From assembly GCA_964016885.1 (NCBI GenBank), contig OZ024747.1:74834001-74898000 (forward strand): a stretch of DNA of 64,000 nucleotides. Reading direction: 5' to 3'. Position numbers and translations under genes: made by a program. Below are positions 1 to 12,507 of this stretch, piece by piece (positions within the stretch are counted from its first letter, which is position 1; each line of letters starts with the position of its first letter). The stretch comes from Eledone cirrhosa. Its lineage: Eukaryota. The notes under the pieces were generated by a model. That model was given only the letters and a program-made list of their open reading frames with translations, was not told where the DNA came from and did no database searches.

Positions 1-82
1 GTTAAAAATACATTATGAAGAGAGAAGAAACATTTAGATATAATTAGTAATAAAATGTATCATACCTAAACTGTTCCTAAAT

Positions 83-170
83 TCCTCGACTACGTAGTTT
101 CGTGGCATAAACAAAAACAATATATCAAAGATATAGAGTCCTTGCGAGGTCTGCCGACTTATCAAGAGGA
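83..170 (-). ncRNA. Mirror copy of the U3-A8 hammerhead ribozyme
   Basis: Reverse complement of 519-606 within the left palindrome arm. Confidence 0.8.
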
Positions 171-518
171 TACCTCATTTTACTAGTCTCAAGAACGCGT
201 CTACACGACGTGAGAAAGAATCCCAAAAGGCGGAGGGGGAGATAGTCACGCGATATAACGGTCGAGAAACAGAGCTAAGCCTCTTATAACCACGAAGAAA
301 ATACCACGGAGGCGGAGGGGGTATTCATATCGAGGGGGTATTCATATCTGCGGCCTCGATATGAATACCCCCTCCGCCTCCGTGGTATTTTCTTCGTGGT
401 TATAAGAGGCTTAGCTCTGTTTCTCGACCGTTATATCGCGTGACTATCTCCCCCTCCGCCTTTTGGGATTCTTTCTCACGTCGTGTAGACGCGTTCTTGA
501 GACTAGTAAAATGAGGTA

Positions 519-606
519 TCCTCTTGATAAGTCGGCAGACCTCGCAAGGACTCTATATCTTTGATATATTGTTTTTGTTTATGCCACGAAACTACGTAGT
601 CGAGGA
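519..606 (+). ncRNA. Type I hammerhead ribozyme, U3-A8 variant core
   Basis: Stem I TCCTC(519-523)/GAGGA(602-606); core TTGATAA(524-530); long stem II closed by GT(C)GGCA/TGCCAC; GAAA(588-591); palindromic stem III ACTACGTAGT; GTC cleavage triplet ending at 601. Confidence 0.8.
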
Positions 607-847
607 ATTTAGGAACAGTTTAGGTATGATACATTTTATTACTAATTATATCTAAATGTTTCTTCTCTCTTCATAATGTATTTTTAACTCTGATACTGGT
701 TCAGTCTAGTTCAAACTGAATTGGTCTGTCCCAGTCATTCATTGAGCAACATCGATGAAGTTGGCACCCTTAACTCACAGTTGGGTGCGGATGCATTCAT
801 GTATATATGTGTGTGTCCGCATGTATCTGTGTGTTTCTAAATATATT

Positions 848-880
<33 letters not shown>

Positions 881-889
881 ATATATATA

Positions 890-1420
890 TCATCATCATC
901 ATCATCATCATCGTTTAACGTCCATGTTCCACGCTTGCATGGGTTTCAACGGGAGTTTTCCCACTTGAGGCAAGAGTGGTTGTCTTGCTCGCATAGGACT
1001 GTCTGGCGGGTTTTCTACAGCTGGATGCCCTTCCTAACATCAACCACATTTACAGTGTGGAACTGGGAGGTTTTTACCGTGTTGCCTACACGGCCACATT
1101 ACAGCGCGGACTGTGTGTTTTTTTGTCGTGACACCTACACGATCTCATTTGTTTCGGCCTGGATGTTGTGGCACCAACATAACTTTACATTGAAAGGGGC
1201 GGTGTGGATGGGGTGGTGGGACGGGGGTGTATTTTGTTAGAGATGCCTACTGACTGTAGTAGGTTTTACTTTGTATTTAGGTAAGGCGGGTCTTCTCTAT
1301 TACTGAGTACCGCCAAAGATCTCGGTCCAGTGACATTGTCTTGGAGAGGTGTAAGTGTGTGAGGTCGGAATTTATCAGGTCGTCCCAGGTTTTTCTGGGT
1401 CTGCCTACTCTGTGGCCCTC
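890..1420 (-). mobile_element. RTE-clade LINE 3' end with (CAT)n tail
   Basis: Highly similar to the reverse complement of 5590-6064. A partial duplicate follows at 1497-1650. Confidence 0.8.
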
Positions 1421-1464
1421 CACTTTTTTATACATATATTTTATATATATATATATTTATATAC

Positions 1465-1496
<32 letters not shown>

Positions 1497-1659
1497 ATCA
1501 TCATCATCGTTTAACATCCATGTTCCCCGCTTGCATGGGTTTGGACGGGAGTTTTCCCACTTGAGGCAAGAGTGGTTGTCTTGCTCGCATAGGACTGTCT
1601 GGCGGGTTTTCTACAGCTGGATGCCCTTCCTAACACCAACCACATTTACAATATATATT

Positions 1660-1780
<121 letters not shown>

Positions 1781-1910
1781 GAGTAGTGGTTGTTGTTTGC
1801 GAGGTGATGTGGTGTTTCTGTACTGATAAATAGCCAAGTGTGGATAAGGAGACAATAAGCATTTCACCTACTAAGCTGCGTTATTGTTGGTTGTTTATCC
1901 TTTCCTTTGC

Positions 1911-1961
<51 letters not shown>

Positions 1962-1964
<3 letters not shown>

Positions 1965-2069
1965 GATGGTTCAAAAGTCATCATTTTATGAAAATTTATT
2001 GCATTTAAAAAATAACAAATATTATGGCAAAGTGTTATTTTACTGGTGCACAACTTTTGTGCCACCCTC
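1962..2069. mobile_element. Tc1/mariner-type MITE
   Basis: Imperfect TIRs CAGGATGGTTCAAAAGT ... ACTTTTGTGCCACCCTC, flanked by TA. Confidence 0.6.
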
Positions 2070-2129
2070 TATATATGTGTGTGTGTATATATATATATAC
2101 ACACACACACATATATATACACACACACA

Positions 2130-2204
<75 letters not shown>

Positions 2205-2959
2205 GGTGGAAAGAAGTGCCTTCCTCCCACTTCCCCAATTCACCTACCTGGTCCATACCAAGCTTGCATAGAAAGCCAGGTATGCCCCACAGAATACCAC
2301 TAGACAAAACTCCCTCTCTTTAAGGACACCTCCATAAACCAGTGTTTCCTCTCATATCGTGATATCACCCACTCCCACTTCCATCAATGCTGCCACACTG
2401 TTGGTGCCACAGTAAAAATGTATTCAGCCTCTTCTGTAGAATGTTTGTGCTTGTGCCACAATGAAAAAAACACAGTCTGCACTGTTGGGTGGTAATGCTC
2501 ATGAAACAAAAAAGCACTCAGGGCACCTTGTAAGATGATAGTGCCAAGTCATGATAAAATGCTCCCAGTACATGGGATGAAGTGCTAAAAACAGACCTTG
2601 CATAATTAAACCTCTCAAAGGTGGTGATACAGGATCAAGATCTCTAACGATATACAGTACTGTGAAACATCAGCCTTCCTATGTAAACAGGATGAAGCAA
2701 AGATCTAGTGGACATTTGTATGAACCAAATCTGCTACTCTCAACTGTCCATACATATCCCATGTCTTAACACTTCACCCATCACCAGCTTATTACTCCAC
2801 CTTAGATACACTAATTCTCATCCTGCATACACACACACCTTCCACACCTGATACACCTCTCTTGGCCAACCCAGGGTATATTAACATGGAAGACTGGACA
2901 CACTTTCGCACAATGCTGTTGAAATGGTTAAAATCTCTTGGTTCATTCTGACACAACAA

Positions 2960-3200
2960 AATCCACCCTGTAAGGTGGTTGTCCACCCTGTAAGGTGGTT
3001 GTCCACCCTGTAAGGTGGTTGTATTGCTGACATGGCAAAAAGCTCCCAATCCGCCCTGTAAAGTGTTCGTATTGATGACATGACAAAAAGCACCCAATCC
3101 GCCCTGTAAAGTGGTCGTGTTGGTGACATGACAAAAAGCACCAAGTCCGCCCTGTAAAGTGGTTGTGTTGGTGACATGACAAAAAGCATCCGCCCAGTAA
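2960..3200. repeat. 20-bp and ~49-bp tandem repeats derived from the LINE/SINE 3' UTR motif (ctgtaaagtgg...aaaaagcacc)
   Basis: TCCACCCTGTAAGGTGGTTG x3, followed by longer related units. Confidence 0.75.
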
Positions 3201-3274
3201 ATTGGCCATATTGGTGACCCAAATATTGCTTATCTTTCAGGTATACTAATATGTAAATAGTGTCTCTATATACT

Positions 3275-3570
3275 ACTCACCAACATCACCATCATCACCA
3301 TCATCATCACCATCATCACCATCATCATCACCACCATCACCATCATCACCAACATCACCATCATCACCATCATCACCATCATCACCAACATCACCATCAT
3401 CACCATCATCACCATCATCATCACCATCATCACCATCATCACCAACATCACCATCATCACCAACATCACCATCATCACCATCATCACCAACATCACCATC
3501 ATCACCAACATCACCATCATCACCACCGCCATCACCAACATCACCATCATCACCATCACCATCATCATCA
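3275..3570. repeat. (CAT/CAC)n trinucleotide microsatellite
   Basis: Direct inspection; it produces the spurious poly-His ORF. Confidence 0.95.
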
Positions 3571-4103
3571 TGGGTTGTCATGGTATGAGACAAGTCAGAT
3601 CAGATGAGCAGGTCTTGCTCATATGGATCTTGGCTTAGTTTCTATACCTGGATGTCCATCCTAATGCCAACCACATTGCCATGTGGACAAGATGCTTTTT
3701 ATTGTGGCACCAGAAAATCTAACAGGGTGAACTACGTCATTCCTCATCATGTCTCAAAAACAACCACCTTACAGGAGGCTGGGGGCTTGTAGGAGGGACT
3801 TACAGGGGGGACTGGGCACATTTGGTCATGTTACTGGCAGGACTGTGTTAAGCTGTGGACTGGGGCTTTTTTCTCATGTCACCAATATGACGACCTTACA
3901 GGATGAAATGGTTGCATCTGTTGTGGCATCAGATCACCATACAATGTGGCAACAGCAGACTGGAAGAACAGATGTAGAGTATGTCTTGCTTCCATGCAGG
4001 TATGTATGGCTTAGGCAGGAGTGATGTGTGTGTGTGTATGCATGTATATATATATATGTATATATATATGTGTATATATGTATGTATATGTATGATATGT
4101 GTG

Positions 4104-4514
4104 ATAAAAGCCGACCTTACCCAACTACACCTCTCAAAGTCAATGACACACGACCGTGACTTCTGGCGTCACGCAGTAATACAGGGTACCCGACCTCCCA
4201 TGGGTACATGCTGAAGCATATAAACAATATGCCCCCCCCCCCACCGCAAGGTGGTCGTGGAGGCGCCACGGCAAAAAAGCACCCAGCCCACACTGTAAAG
4301 TGGACGTGTAGGCGCCACGAAAAAGCACCCAGCACTCACTGTAAATGAGGTTGGTGTTAGGAAGGGCATCCAGCTGTAGAAATCAAGCCAGATCAGTTCC
4401 TGTATGAGCAAGGCATGGTCAGCCGACCAGACACTGCCCACAACAGGACAACCCGTCTAACCCATGCTAGCGTGGAAGAACGGACGTAAAACGGTGATGA
4501 TGATGATGATGATG

Positions 4515-4516
<2 letters not shown>
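4104..4516 (+). mobile_element. RTE-clade LINE 3' end (related subfamily) with (GAT)n tail
   Basis: Encodes DLTQLHLSKSMTHDRDFWRHAV, similar to the C-terminus of the 5311-5704 remnant, and shares the 3' UTR motifs. Confidence 0.75.
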
Positions 4517-4570
<54 letters not shown>

Positions 4571-4573
<3 letters not shown>

Positions 4574-4940
4574 TAAATATACACGGGTTTGTATGATTGT
4601 GTATAGAAGATTATATTAATTGTTTCTACATTTGGCACAAGGCCAGCAATTATCCCAGTGTATAACTGGTGCTTTATTTTATCGACCCCGTAAGGATGAA
4701 AGGCAAAGTTAACCTCGGTACTTTCATGCTTTCGCAATCTTCAGGTTCATATTCTGTGGTGACAGTCAAGTTTGCAATTTTCAACTGTTCCACATGCGAA
4801 AGCATGAAAGTATTTGTTCAATTAACACTTAACATTTAATATTCTACCATACTATTTCATTCTAATACCATTATAAATTTTAAAGTATTGTAAATAAAAT
4901 GGGTAAATCAGACAAAGTTGGAATTCCTTTTATTAATATA
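4571..4940. mobile_element. Rearranged HHR-associated fold-back element (same family as 11433-11715), with an intervening SINE fragment
   Basis: 4818-4940 matches 11550-11670, and 4571-4620 is the reverse complement of about 11665-11715. There is an 18-bp inverted repeat at 4719-4736/4795-4812. The minus strand at 4744-4719 reads CTGAAGA-TTGCGAAAGCAT-GAAA. Confidence 0.65.
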
Positions 4941-4989
4941 TATATATATAAACAATTAATATATATATATATATATGTATATATGTTTA

Positions 4990-5032
<43 letters not shown>

Positions 5033-5310
5033 ATATATATATGTTTATATATGTGTATATATATGTGTATATATATATGTTTATATATGTGTATATATAT
5101 TTGTATATATATATATGTTTATATATGTGTATTTATATATGTATATATATCTATCTATTTATATATGTATATACATATATGTGTATATATATATGTATAT
5201 ATATATTTATATATGTTTATATATGTGTATTTATATGTGTATATATATATCTATGTATATATGTATATACATATATATCTATGTATATATGTATATACAT
5301 ATATATATAT

Positions 5311-6064
5311 AGAGGATATACGCAGACTAGAGAGGAACGAAGCTTGCATGCTCCGCTGGATGTGTAATAGTAATATACGTGAACAGCAGAGCATAAACGA
5401 ACTAAGGAAAAAATTAGAAATAAGAGGGATCAGATGTTGTTTACTCGAGAGAAGGCTACATTGGTATGGTCACGTGATGCGCATGAAAGTCGATAGCTGT
5501 ATAACAAAGTGCAGGGCAATAAAGATAGACGGTAGCCACGGAATAGGCAGACCTAGAAAAACCTGGGACGAGCTGATAAACTCCGACCTCACACACTTAC
5601 ACCTCTCCAAGACAATGTCACTGGACCGAGACCTTTGGCGGTACTCAGTAATAGAGAAGACCCGCCTTACCTTAATACATAGTAAAACCTACTACAGTCA
5701 GTAGGCATCTCTAACAAAATACACCCCCGTCCCACCACCCCCACCCCATCCACACCGCCCCTTTCAATGTAAAGTTATGTTGGTGCCACAACATCCAGGC
5801 CGAAACAAATGAGGTCGTGTAGGTGTCACGACAAAAAAACACACAGTCCACACTGTAATGTGGCCGTGTAGGCAACACGGTAAAAACCTCCCAGACTCAC
5901 ACTGTAAATGTGGTTGGTGTTAGGAAGGGCATCCAACTGTAGAAAACCTGCCAGACAGTCCTATGCGAGCAAGACAATCACTCTTGCCTCAAGTGGGAAA
6001 ATCCCCGTCCAAACCCATGCAAGCGTGGAACACGGACGTTAAACGTTGATCATGATGATGATGA
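5311..6064 (+). mobile_element. 5'-truncated RTE-clade LINE: ORF2 C-terminus plus 3' UTR and (ATG)n tail
   Basis: [18 protein letters not shown]...[12 protein letters not shown]...GRPRKTW matches the typical RTE ORF2 C-terminal motif (LRWxGHVxRM...RGRPxKxW). Confidence 0.9.
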
Positions 6065-6236
6065 TATATATATATGTATATATATCTATATATGTGTATA
6101 TATATACTTATACATATATATATGTATATATGTATATATATACATATATATATATATATATGTATACATATATATATGTATATATGTGTGTGTATATATA
6201 TATATTTATATATATATACTTATACATATATATGTG

Positions 6237-6291
<55 letters not shown>

Positions 6292-6307
6292 ATATATATA
6301 TATACTT

Positions 6308-6340
<33 letters not shown>

Positions 6341-6395
6341 CTTATGTATATATATATATATATGTGTGTGTGTGTATATATATATATATATGCTT

Positions 6396-6439
<44 letters not shown>

Positions 6440-6651
6440 ATACATATGTACATATATATATATATATTTAAATGTGTGTGTGAGAGTGTAGCCTCATGAC
6501 CCTGCATGTAGACTGGTGAACTCCCGAGTAACAAGTCTTACATTTGTCCTTAATGTAATAATAATAATAATAATAATATATATACATATATATATCATTT
6601 TCATCATTTTCATATATATATACATATATATATATACATATATATATATAT

Positions 6652-7000
6652 GGAGGCACATGGCTTAGTGGTTAGAGCATTGGCCTTGCAATCGAAAGGT
6701 TGTGAGTTCAATTCTCAGACCGGGTGATGTGTTGTTTCCTTGAGCAAGACACTTTATTTCACATTGCTCCAGTTTACTCAGCTGTAGAAATGAGATGATA
6801 GGGACTGGGGTCCCTATCATTCCACTGCAAAGTGGTCGTGGAGGTGCCACGGCAAAAAAGCACCCAGCACTCACTGTAAATGAGGTTGGTGTTAGGAAGG
6901 GCATCCAGCTGCAGAAATCAAGCCAGAATCAGTTCCCGTCCCACCCTTGCAAGCAGGGAAAATGTGGACGTAAAAATGATGATGATGATGATGATGATAC
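6652..7000 (+). mobile_element. tRNA-derived SINE with an RTE-like 3' tail
   Basis: A box TGGCTTAGTGG, B box GTTCAATTC, central ccttgagcaagacactt domain, tail shared with the RTE 3' UTR. A near-identical copy lies at 20640-20960. Confidence 0.85.
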
Positions 7001-7714
7001 ATGTATATATATATATATATATATATCCTTATGTAATATACTTTACATATTTTAATATATAATCCTTCAAATCAGATGACATCCTTATAAAATATATTAG
7101 TAAATTATATAAATGTTAATGATTACAGTAATTATGGTGATGGTGGTGTGGTGGTGATGATGGTGGTGGTGATGGTGATTATTATGGTGGTGATAATGGT
7201 GGTGGTGATAATGATGGTGATGAATTCTCTCTATATTAATACTGCTTATATACATGTGTGTGTATGTGTTTTTGTGATTGTGCGTGTATGTGTGTGTGTG
7301 TGTATATGTGCTTGTGAGTGCATGTGTGTGTGTGTGGGTATGTATGAGGCATATTTATGTTTAAGCGATTGTGTATATATGTGAATGTGTGTGTGTCTCT
7401 CTGTGTGTGATTGTGTGTATGTATGTGAGTGCATGTGTGTGTGTGTATGTGGCATATTTACGTATGATTGAAAAAAAAAACAATCTTTCTATTATAATTG
7501 TATTTACTTTAATTTCATTAATTTATTCACTTATAGATATTTCCATATTTCAGTTTAAATTATTTTCCTGTAATAACATCATCTAATGAGTTAAACAGAG
7601 ATATAATGAATGCAGGATTAATATCAGCAACAGTAACCTATCTCTGACCAAAATATTTCTATCGTTTCCCAACCCTTCACCTAGGCCACATTTCACCTAA
7701 ACATCGAACAAATA

Positions 7715-7910
7715 CGAAGCTCAGCTGAAAAGTTCATATTCTGACCAAGATACTCTCGTGGAATGACCAAACGAGGTTTATTTTTCAACATAGTCTCTGG
7801 AAAGAAACAATGCATTTATTAATGAGAAGAAAGTTGAAATTAATGCATGCAAGATTTCACAGCCCTAGCATTACTCCTTCATAGTCTATGAACTTTTCAG
7901 TTTAACCTCG
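7715..7910. mobile_element. Mariner-type MITE
   Basis: TIRs CGAAGCTCAGCTGAAAAGTTCATA ... TATGAACTTTTCAGTTTAACCTCG, with TA at 7713-7714 and 7911-7912. Confidence 0.75.
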
Positions 7911-8839
7911 TATTTGCATGGTCGTCTTTTCTTTTTCTTTCTTTTTTTTTTCTTTGATAAAAATAATAAATCTCACCTGTTTATATTATTTAATAATTAT
8001 TACAATTTTACTTGTTTTATTCAACCAAGTTATTTACTTTAAAAGAAAAAATCATTTCCTGCTGTCCCCGTCACCACCCTCATCGTTATAGTTAAAAGTG
8101 AAAGTAGCGGTACAGGGTGTCACAACTATATGTCACTCTGTAGATTATCACGTAATTCAAACTGAAAATAGGTCATATTTAGAATTCTCTTCATTATCTA
8201 CAAATAATTTTACCTTTATTATTAAAATATTAAATATATATATATTAGACATTACATCTGCTGTTTAATTTTCCCTAAAGTTTTACTTTTATAACCGAGT
8301 GTTTATGTTTTAAGACTAAATGGTGTATTATTTCTAAAGGAATGGAAAGCGACTAATCTCTGTCTGTCGCCCCCCCCCCCCCTCTCTCACCTGTCTTCTA
8401 TAATAGATATATTATCAAAAACAACATTCGTGTACTTGTGCCTTGACAGAAATTACCATCAAGTTAATACATTTATAATCAATATGTAGAAATATTTACA
8501 ATCGTGATTGATATTTCATATACAGATATATCGAACCATGGCTGTCGAACCTCCCAAAACATCAATTTATAATTGATATCTAAGATGACCACCATATCCA
8601 CCGAAAAGAATCACGTGCATGCAGACACACACACACACACACACATGCACGTGCACATACACACACATGCACGTGCGCATACACACGCACATGCACATAC
8701 ACACGCACATGCACAAATAAATTAACACAAGCGCGTGTGTGTAAATTGTATACACACGCATCCCAAACCTCGGCATAGAGGCCAGCAGTTCAGTAAATCG
8801 TTTCTAATGCTGTGGTATATGTAGGATTTTATATATAGG

Positions 8840-9680
8840 ATGTAGTGTGCTGTGTGTGTGTGTAGTGTGTGCTGTGTGTGTGTGTGGTGTTTGTGTGGTG
8901 TGTGGTGTTTGTGTGGTGTGTAGTGCGTGTGCGTGTGTGTGGTGTGTGGTGTTTGTGTGTGGTGTGTAGTGTGTGGTGTGTGTGTAATGTGTGTGTGTGT
9001 GTGGTGTTTGTGTGTGGTGTTTGTGTGGTGTGTAGTGTGTGGTGTTTGTGTGGTGTATGTGTGGTGTTTGTGTGTAGTGTGTGTGGTGTTTGTGTGTGGT
9101 GTTTGTGTGGTGTTTGTGTGGTGTGTGGTGTTTGTGTGGTGTTTGTGTGGTGTGTGGTGTTTGTGTGGTGTGTAGTGTGTCTGTGTGGTGTTTGTGTGTA
9201 GTGTGTGTGTGTGGTGTTTGTGCGTGGTATTTGTGTGGTGTGTAGTGTGTGTGTGGTGTTTGTGTGTTGTGTGTGTGTGGTGTTTGTGTGTGTGTAGTGT
9301 GTGTGTGTGTGTGTGTTGTGTGTGGTGTTTCTGTGGTGTGTAGTGTGTGTGTGTTGTGTTTGTGTAGTGTGTGTGTGTGTGTGGTGTTTGTGTGGTGTGT
9401 AGTGCGTGTGTGTGGTGTGTGGTGTTTGTGTGGTGTGTAGTGTGTGGTGTTTGTGTGTGGTGTGTAGTGTGTGTGTGTAGTGTGTGTGTGTGTGTGGTGT
9501 TTGTGTGGTGTGTAGTGCGTGTGTGTGGTGTGTGGTGTTTGTGTGGTGTGTAGTGTGTGGTGTTTGTGTGTGGTGTGTGTGTGGTGTGTAGTGTGTGTGT
9601 GTGTAGTGTGTGTGTGTGTGTGTGTGTGGTGTTTGTGTGGTTGTGTGTGTGTGGTGTGTGTGTGTGGTGTGTGTGTTTAC
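8840..9680. repeat. Compound GT-rich satellite (gtgtggtgttt / gtgtggtgtgta units)
   Basis: Direct inspection. Confidence 0.95.
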
Positions 9681-9780
9681 ATTGCTTTTCATCCATTCTA
9701 GCTTGATGAAAAGGTACCAGTCTACTACTGGGGTTGATTCTTCCTCTTTAAATCTTTCTCACTTCCATTCTCTCTCTCTC

Positions 9781-9845
<65 letters not shown>

Positions 9846-10166
9846 TTGTCTGGAAGAAATCTGGTGTATTCAGACCTGGTTCTACCAGGTTTAACCCAAA
9901 TAATGCCCCTAAGAAATGCCATATGTCAATATGGCATCCCTATGACTCCCTCAGGCCTCCCACATCACATATATTTACAGACATACCATGCCAAATACCA
10001 TACACACACACACAGACACACACACACATATATAAGTTTAGCCCAGGTTCAATTGGTGGTAACCACAGTAAGTAAGGTACTCAATACAAAGCAGAGTGTA
10101 AATATTTGATATAGAAAAGCTTTTACAGGACTAGAACTGTTTCATTCGTGAGAAAACATCAGGTTA

Positions 10167-10215
10167 GCTTCCTGATGATTTCTCATGAATGAAACAGTTT
10201 TAGTCCTGTAGAAGC
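10167..10215 (+). ncRNA. Type I hammerhead ribozyme; a degenerate inverted partner lies on the minus strand at about 10118-10166
   Basis: Stem I GCTTC/GAAGC; CTGATGA(10172-10178); stem II T-TTC-TCAT-GAA-T; GAAA; stem III ACAG/CTGT; GTA cleavage at 10210. It sits in an imperfect palindrome at about 10101-10232. Confidence 0.75.
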
Positions 10216-10479
10216 ATTTCTATATTAAATATAAATATATATATATATATATATATAAAATCGATGACTGATTCATTGAAGATGAAAATTCTAGGTACTC
10301 AGGTATGCCGTTCGGCTGTTTAAGATTTATTGTTAAAATAGGAAAATGGTTAACTACGGTAGTTGATGACAACGGCCAAACCTGAATTTTAAGTAGATAT
10401 GTACAGATAGTAGTAAGACGAGCAATAGATGCCTTCTGCTATACTAAAGGTATAAAGTATGGATGTCTGTGCATAAAGT

Positions 10480-10595
10480 AGTGGTGGCAGTAGTAGTAGT
10501 AGTAGTAGTGGTAGTAGTAGTGGTAGTGGTGGTGGTTGTGGTAGTGGTGGTAGTAGTGGTGGTGGCAGTAGTAGTAGTAGTGGTGGTGGTGGTAA

Positions 10596-10628
<33 letters not shown>

Positions 10629-10690
10629 CAGTGGTGGTGGCGGTGGTTGTGGTGGTGGTGGTGGTGGTGGTGGTGGTAATAGTAGTAGTA
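10480..10690. repeat. (GTA/GTG)n microsatellite
   Basis: Direct inspection. Confidence 0.95.
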
Positions 10691-10750
10691 GCTTGGTGAC
10701 TAAATACAAAACAATCTATCACTGAAAATATTGATAGGATTCTAACATTT

Positions 10751-10990
10751 ATAACATATATATTGTACTCTGTCACTTTAGTGCATCTTAGTATAAAATT
10801 AGAGTACTAACCAGGATCCTGCCTCAGTCCAACAATGCAGAACTGAAGCAGGCTTCTAAAATGCTGCATTATAATATATATATTGCACTCTGTCACTTTA
10901 GTGCATTTTAATATAAAATCAGAGTACTAACCAGCATCCTGCCTCAGTCCAACAATGCAGAACTGAAGCAGGCTTCTAAAATGCTGCATT
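10751..10990. repeat. 120-bp tandem duplication containing a putative exon of the GT13 relic
   Basis: Two near-identical copies with a period of 120. Confidence 0.9.
10919..10975 (-). pseudogene. Putative last recognisable exon
   Basis: ttttag|KPASVLHCWTEAGCWLVL* resembles QLAKCLHIWDLD and is in phase with the 12462 exon. Confidence 0.45.
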
Positions 10991-11115
10991 CAACCAGAAT
11001 TTATGTTTTATAGAATCAAAAAGTAAAAAGGAAATTATTATGTTTTCATTGGTTTCAATTTAAATTGAAAGTGAAGAAAAATTTTAAAGATTGCAACAGT
11101 TGTAAACCTAGCTAA

Positions 11116-11209
<94 letters not shown>

Positions 11210-11432
11210 GGAAAAGAATGAAACGAAATTTCATTTCTCATATACGTACATATATATATGTGTGCATGAATATATATATACATACTACTGTGCATCTGTA
11301 TACATATATGTATGTACGGTATACATACTTACATTTAGGTATCAGCCGTACTAAGAGTGAGAAATGAAATTTCGTTTCATTCTTTTTCATGTAAACAATA
11401 TGTATATATATATGTGTATATATATATATATG

Positions 11433-11670
11433 TATTAATAAGAGGAATTCCAACTTTGTCTGATTTACTCGTTTTATTTACAATCCTTTAAAATATATAT
11501 AATGGTATTATAATGAAATAGTATGATAGAATATTAAATTCTAAGTGTTAATTAACACTTAGAATTTAATATTCTATCATACTATTTCATTATAATACCA
11601 TTATATATATTTTAAAGGAGTGTAAATAAAACGAGTAAATCAGACAAAGTTGGAATTCCTCTTATTAATA
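11433..11670. repeat. 238-bp near-perfect palindrome with no spacer, in a (TA)n context
   Basis: Centre GTGTTAA|TTAACAC at 11551/11552; one arm mismatch seen. Confidence 0.95.
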
Positions 11671-11734
11671 TAATCTTCTATACACAATCATACACACCCG
11701 TGTATATTTACCTATCTATATCTATATATATATG

Positions 11735-11793
<59 letters not shown>

Positions 11794-12461
11794 CTTCTCT
11801 TCTAATAAATGTGTGATCTGAGAACATTGGAATAATAAATTTCCTTTGATCTAAATTCTTTGATAATTTAATAATTAATGTTATAAAGGTAGATTTAATT
11901 TATGAATTAATATTAGATTATTATCATTATTTTGATGTGTTTAGCTTCAATACAATGTATACACCAGAAACACTGTTATACAGTAATAATTACCATCTTC
12001 CTCCTACACATCATCTTACTCCTTATCAACATTATCTATCATCACCATCATCATTGCAATCGTGAGGTTGCGAGTTTGATTCCCAGAGTGGGCGATGTGT
12101 TATGTCCTTGAGTAAGACACTTTATTTCACGTTGTTCCTACTGCCAGGAGTTCTTACAACCAGTAAATAGTATCAGCAATTTTGAAGACCAATGGAAACA
12201 TTGTTTCCTTGGTCTAATTTGATGAGCTCCACCCCCACTCAGTAAACAAATGAGGTCTGGGATCTTGTTGATCGATTTCTTTTATAAGAAATATAAGCTT
12301 TATGTATTTCAAATAATTTTGAAAACCTATTATTTGGTGGGATGTAATAAAATAAATACAATTGTCAGGAAATTGTTGTTTGGAATATAATATACCATTT
12401 AGTTAGAATTTATCATGAAGTGGTTGTAGAGAATCACCTCTATCTTCTTGTGGTAACTTAC

Positions 12462-12507
12462 CAGAAACTCTTTGGCACTATTTTGTTCCAATGTAAAAGC
12501 TATCAAT
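12462..12507 (-). pseudogene. Putative penultimate exon
   Basis: Textbook splice sites ctttctctttcag| and CTG|gtaagt. The single open frame is LIAFTLEQNSAKEFL. Confidence 0.6.

Larger units (their letters stand above)
1..688. repeat. Long palindrome: 335-bp arms (1-335 / 354-688) with an 18-nt loop; the left arm reaches the window edge
   Basis: 354-688 reads as the reverse complement of 1-335, with no mismatch seen by eye. The centre carries a 17-bp tandem direct repeat GAGGGGGTATTCATATC (315-331, 332-348). Confidence 0.95.

Noticed and set aside
3260-3607. Poly-His / Asp-Gly ORFs (also at 42065-42582 and 56887-57715)
   Set aside because: These are translations of (CAT/CAC)n microsatellites, open in several frames, with no supporting gene structure.
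6652-6725. tRNA gene
   Set aside because: A and B boxes are present, but there is no proper cloverleaf or terminator, it continues into a SINE body, and it is multi-copy.
7970-8820. Possible promoter or 5' exons of a minus-strand gene (two CAG|gtgaga donor-like sites)
   Set aside because: No coding signal or matching acceptors were found, so it cannot be supported without transcript data.
8722-9701. Long HT- and CV-rich ORFs (also the YI-repeat ORFs at 4899-6499, 21480-22652 and 30636-31713)
   Set aside because: They are artefacts of stop-free satellites. Only the 5311-5704 part is a real LINE remnant.
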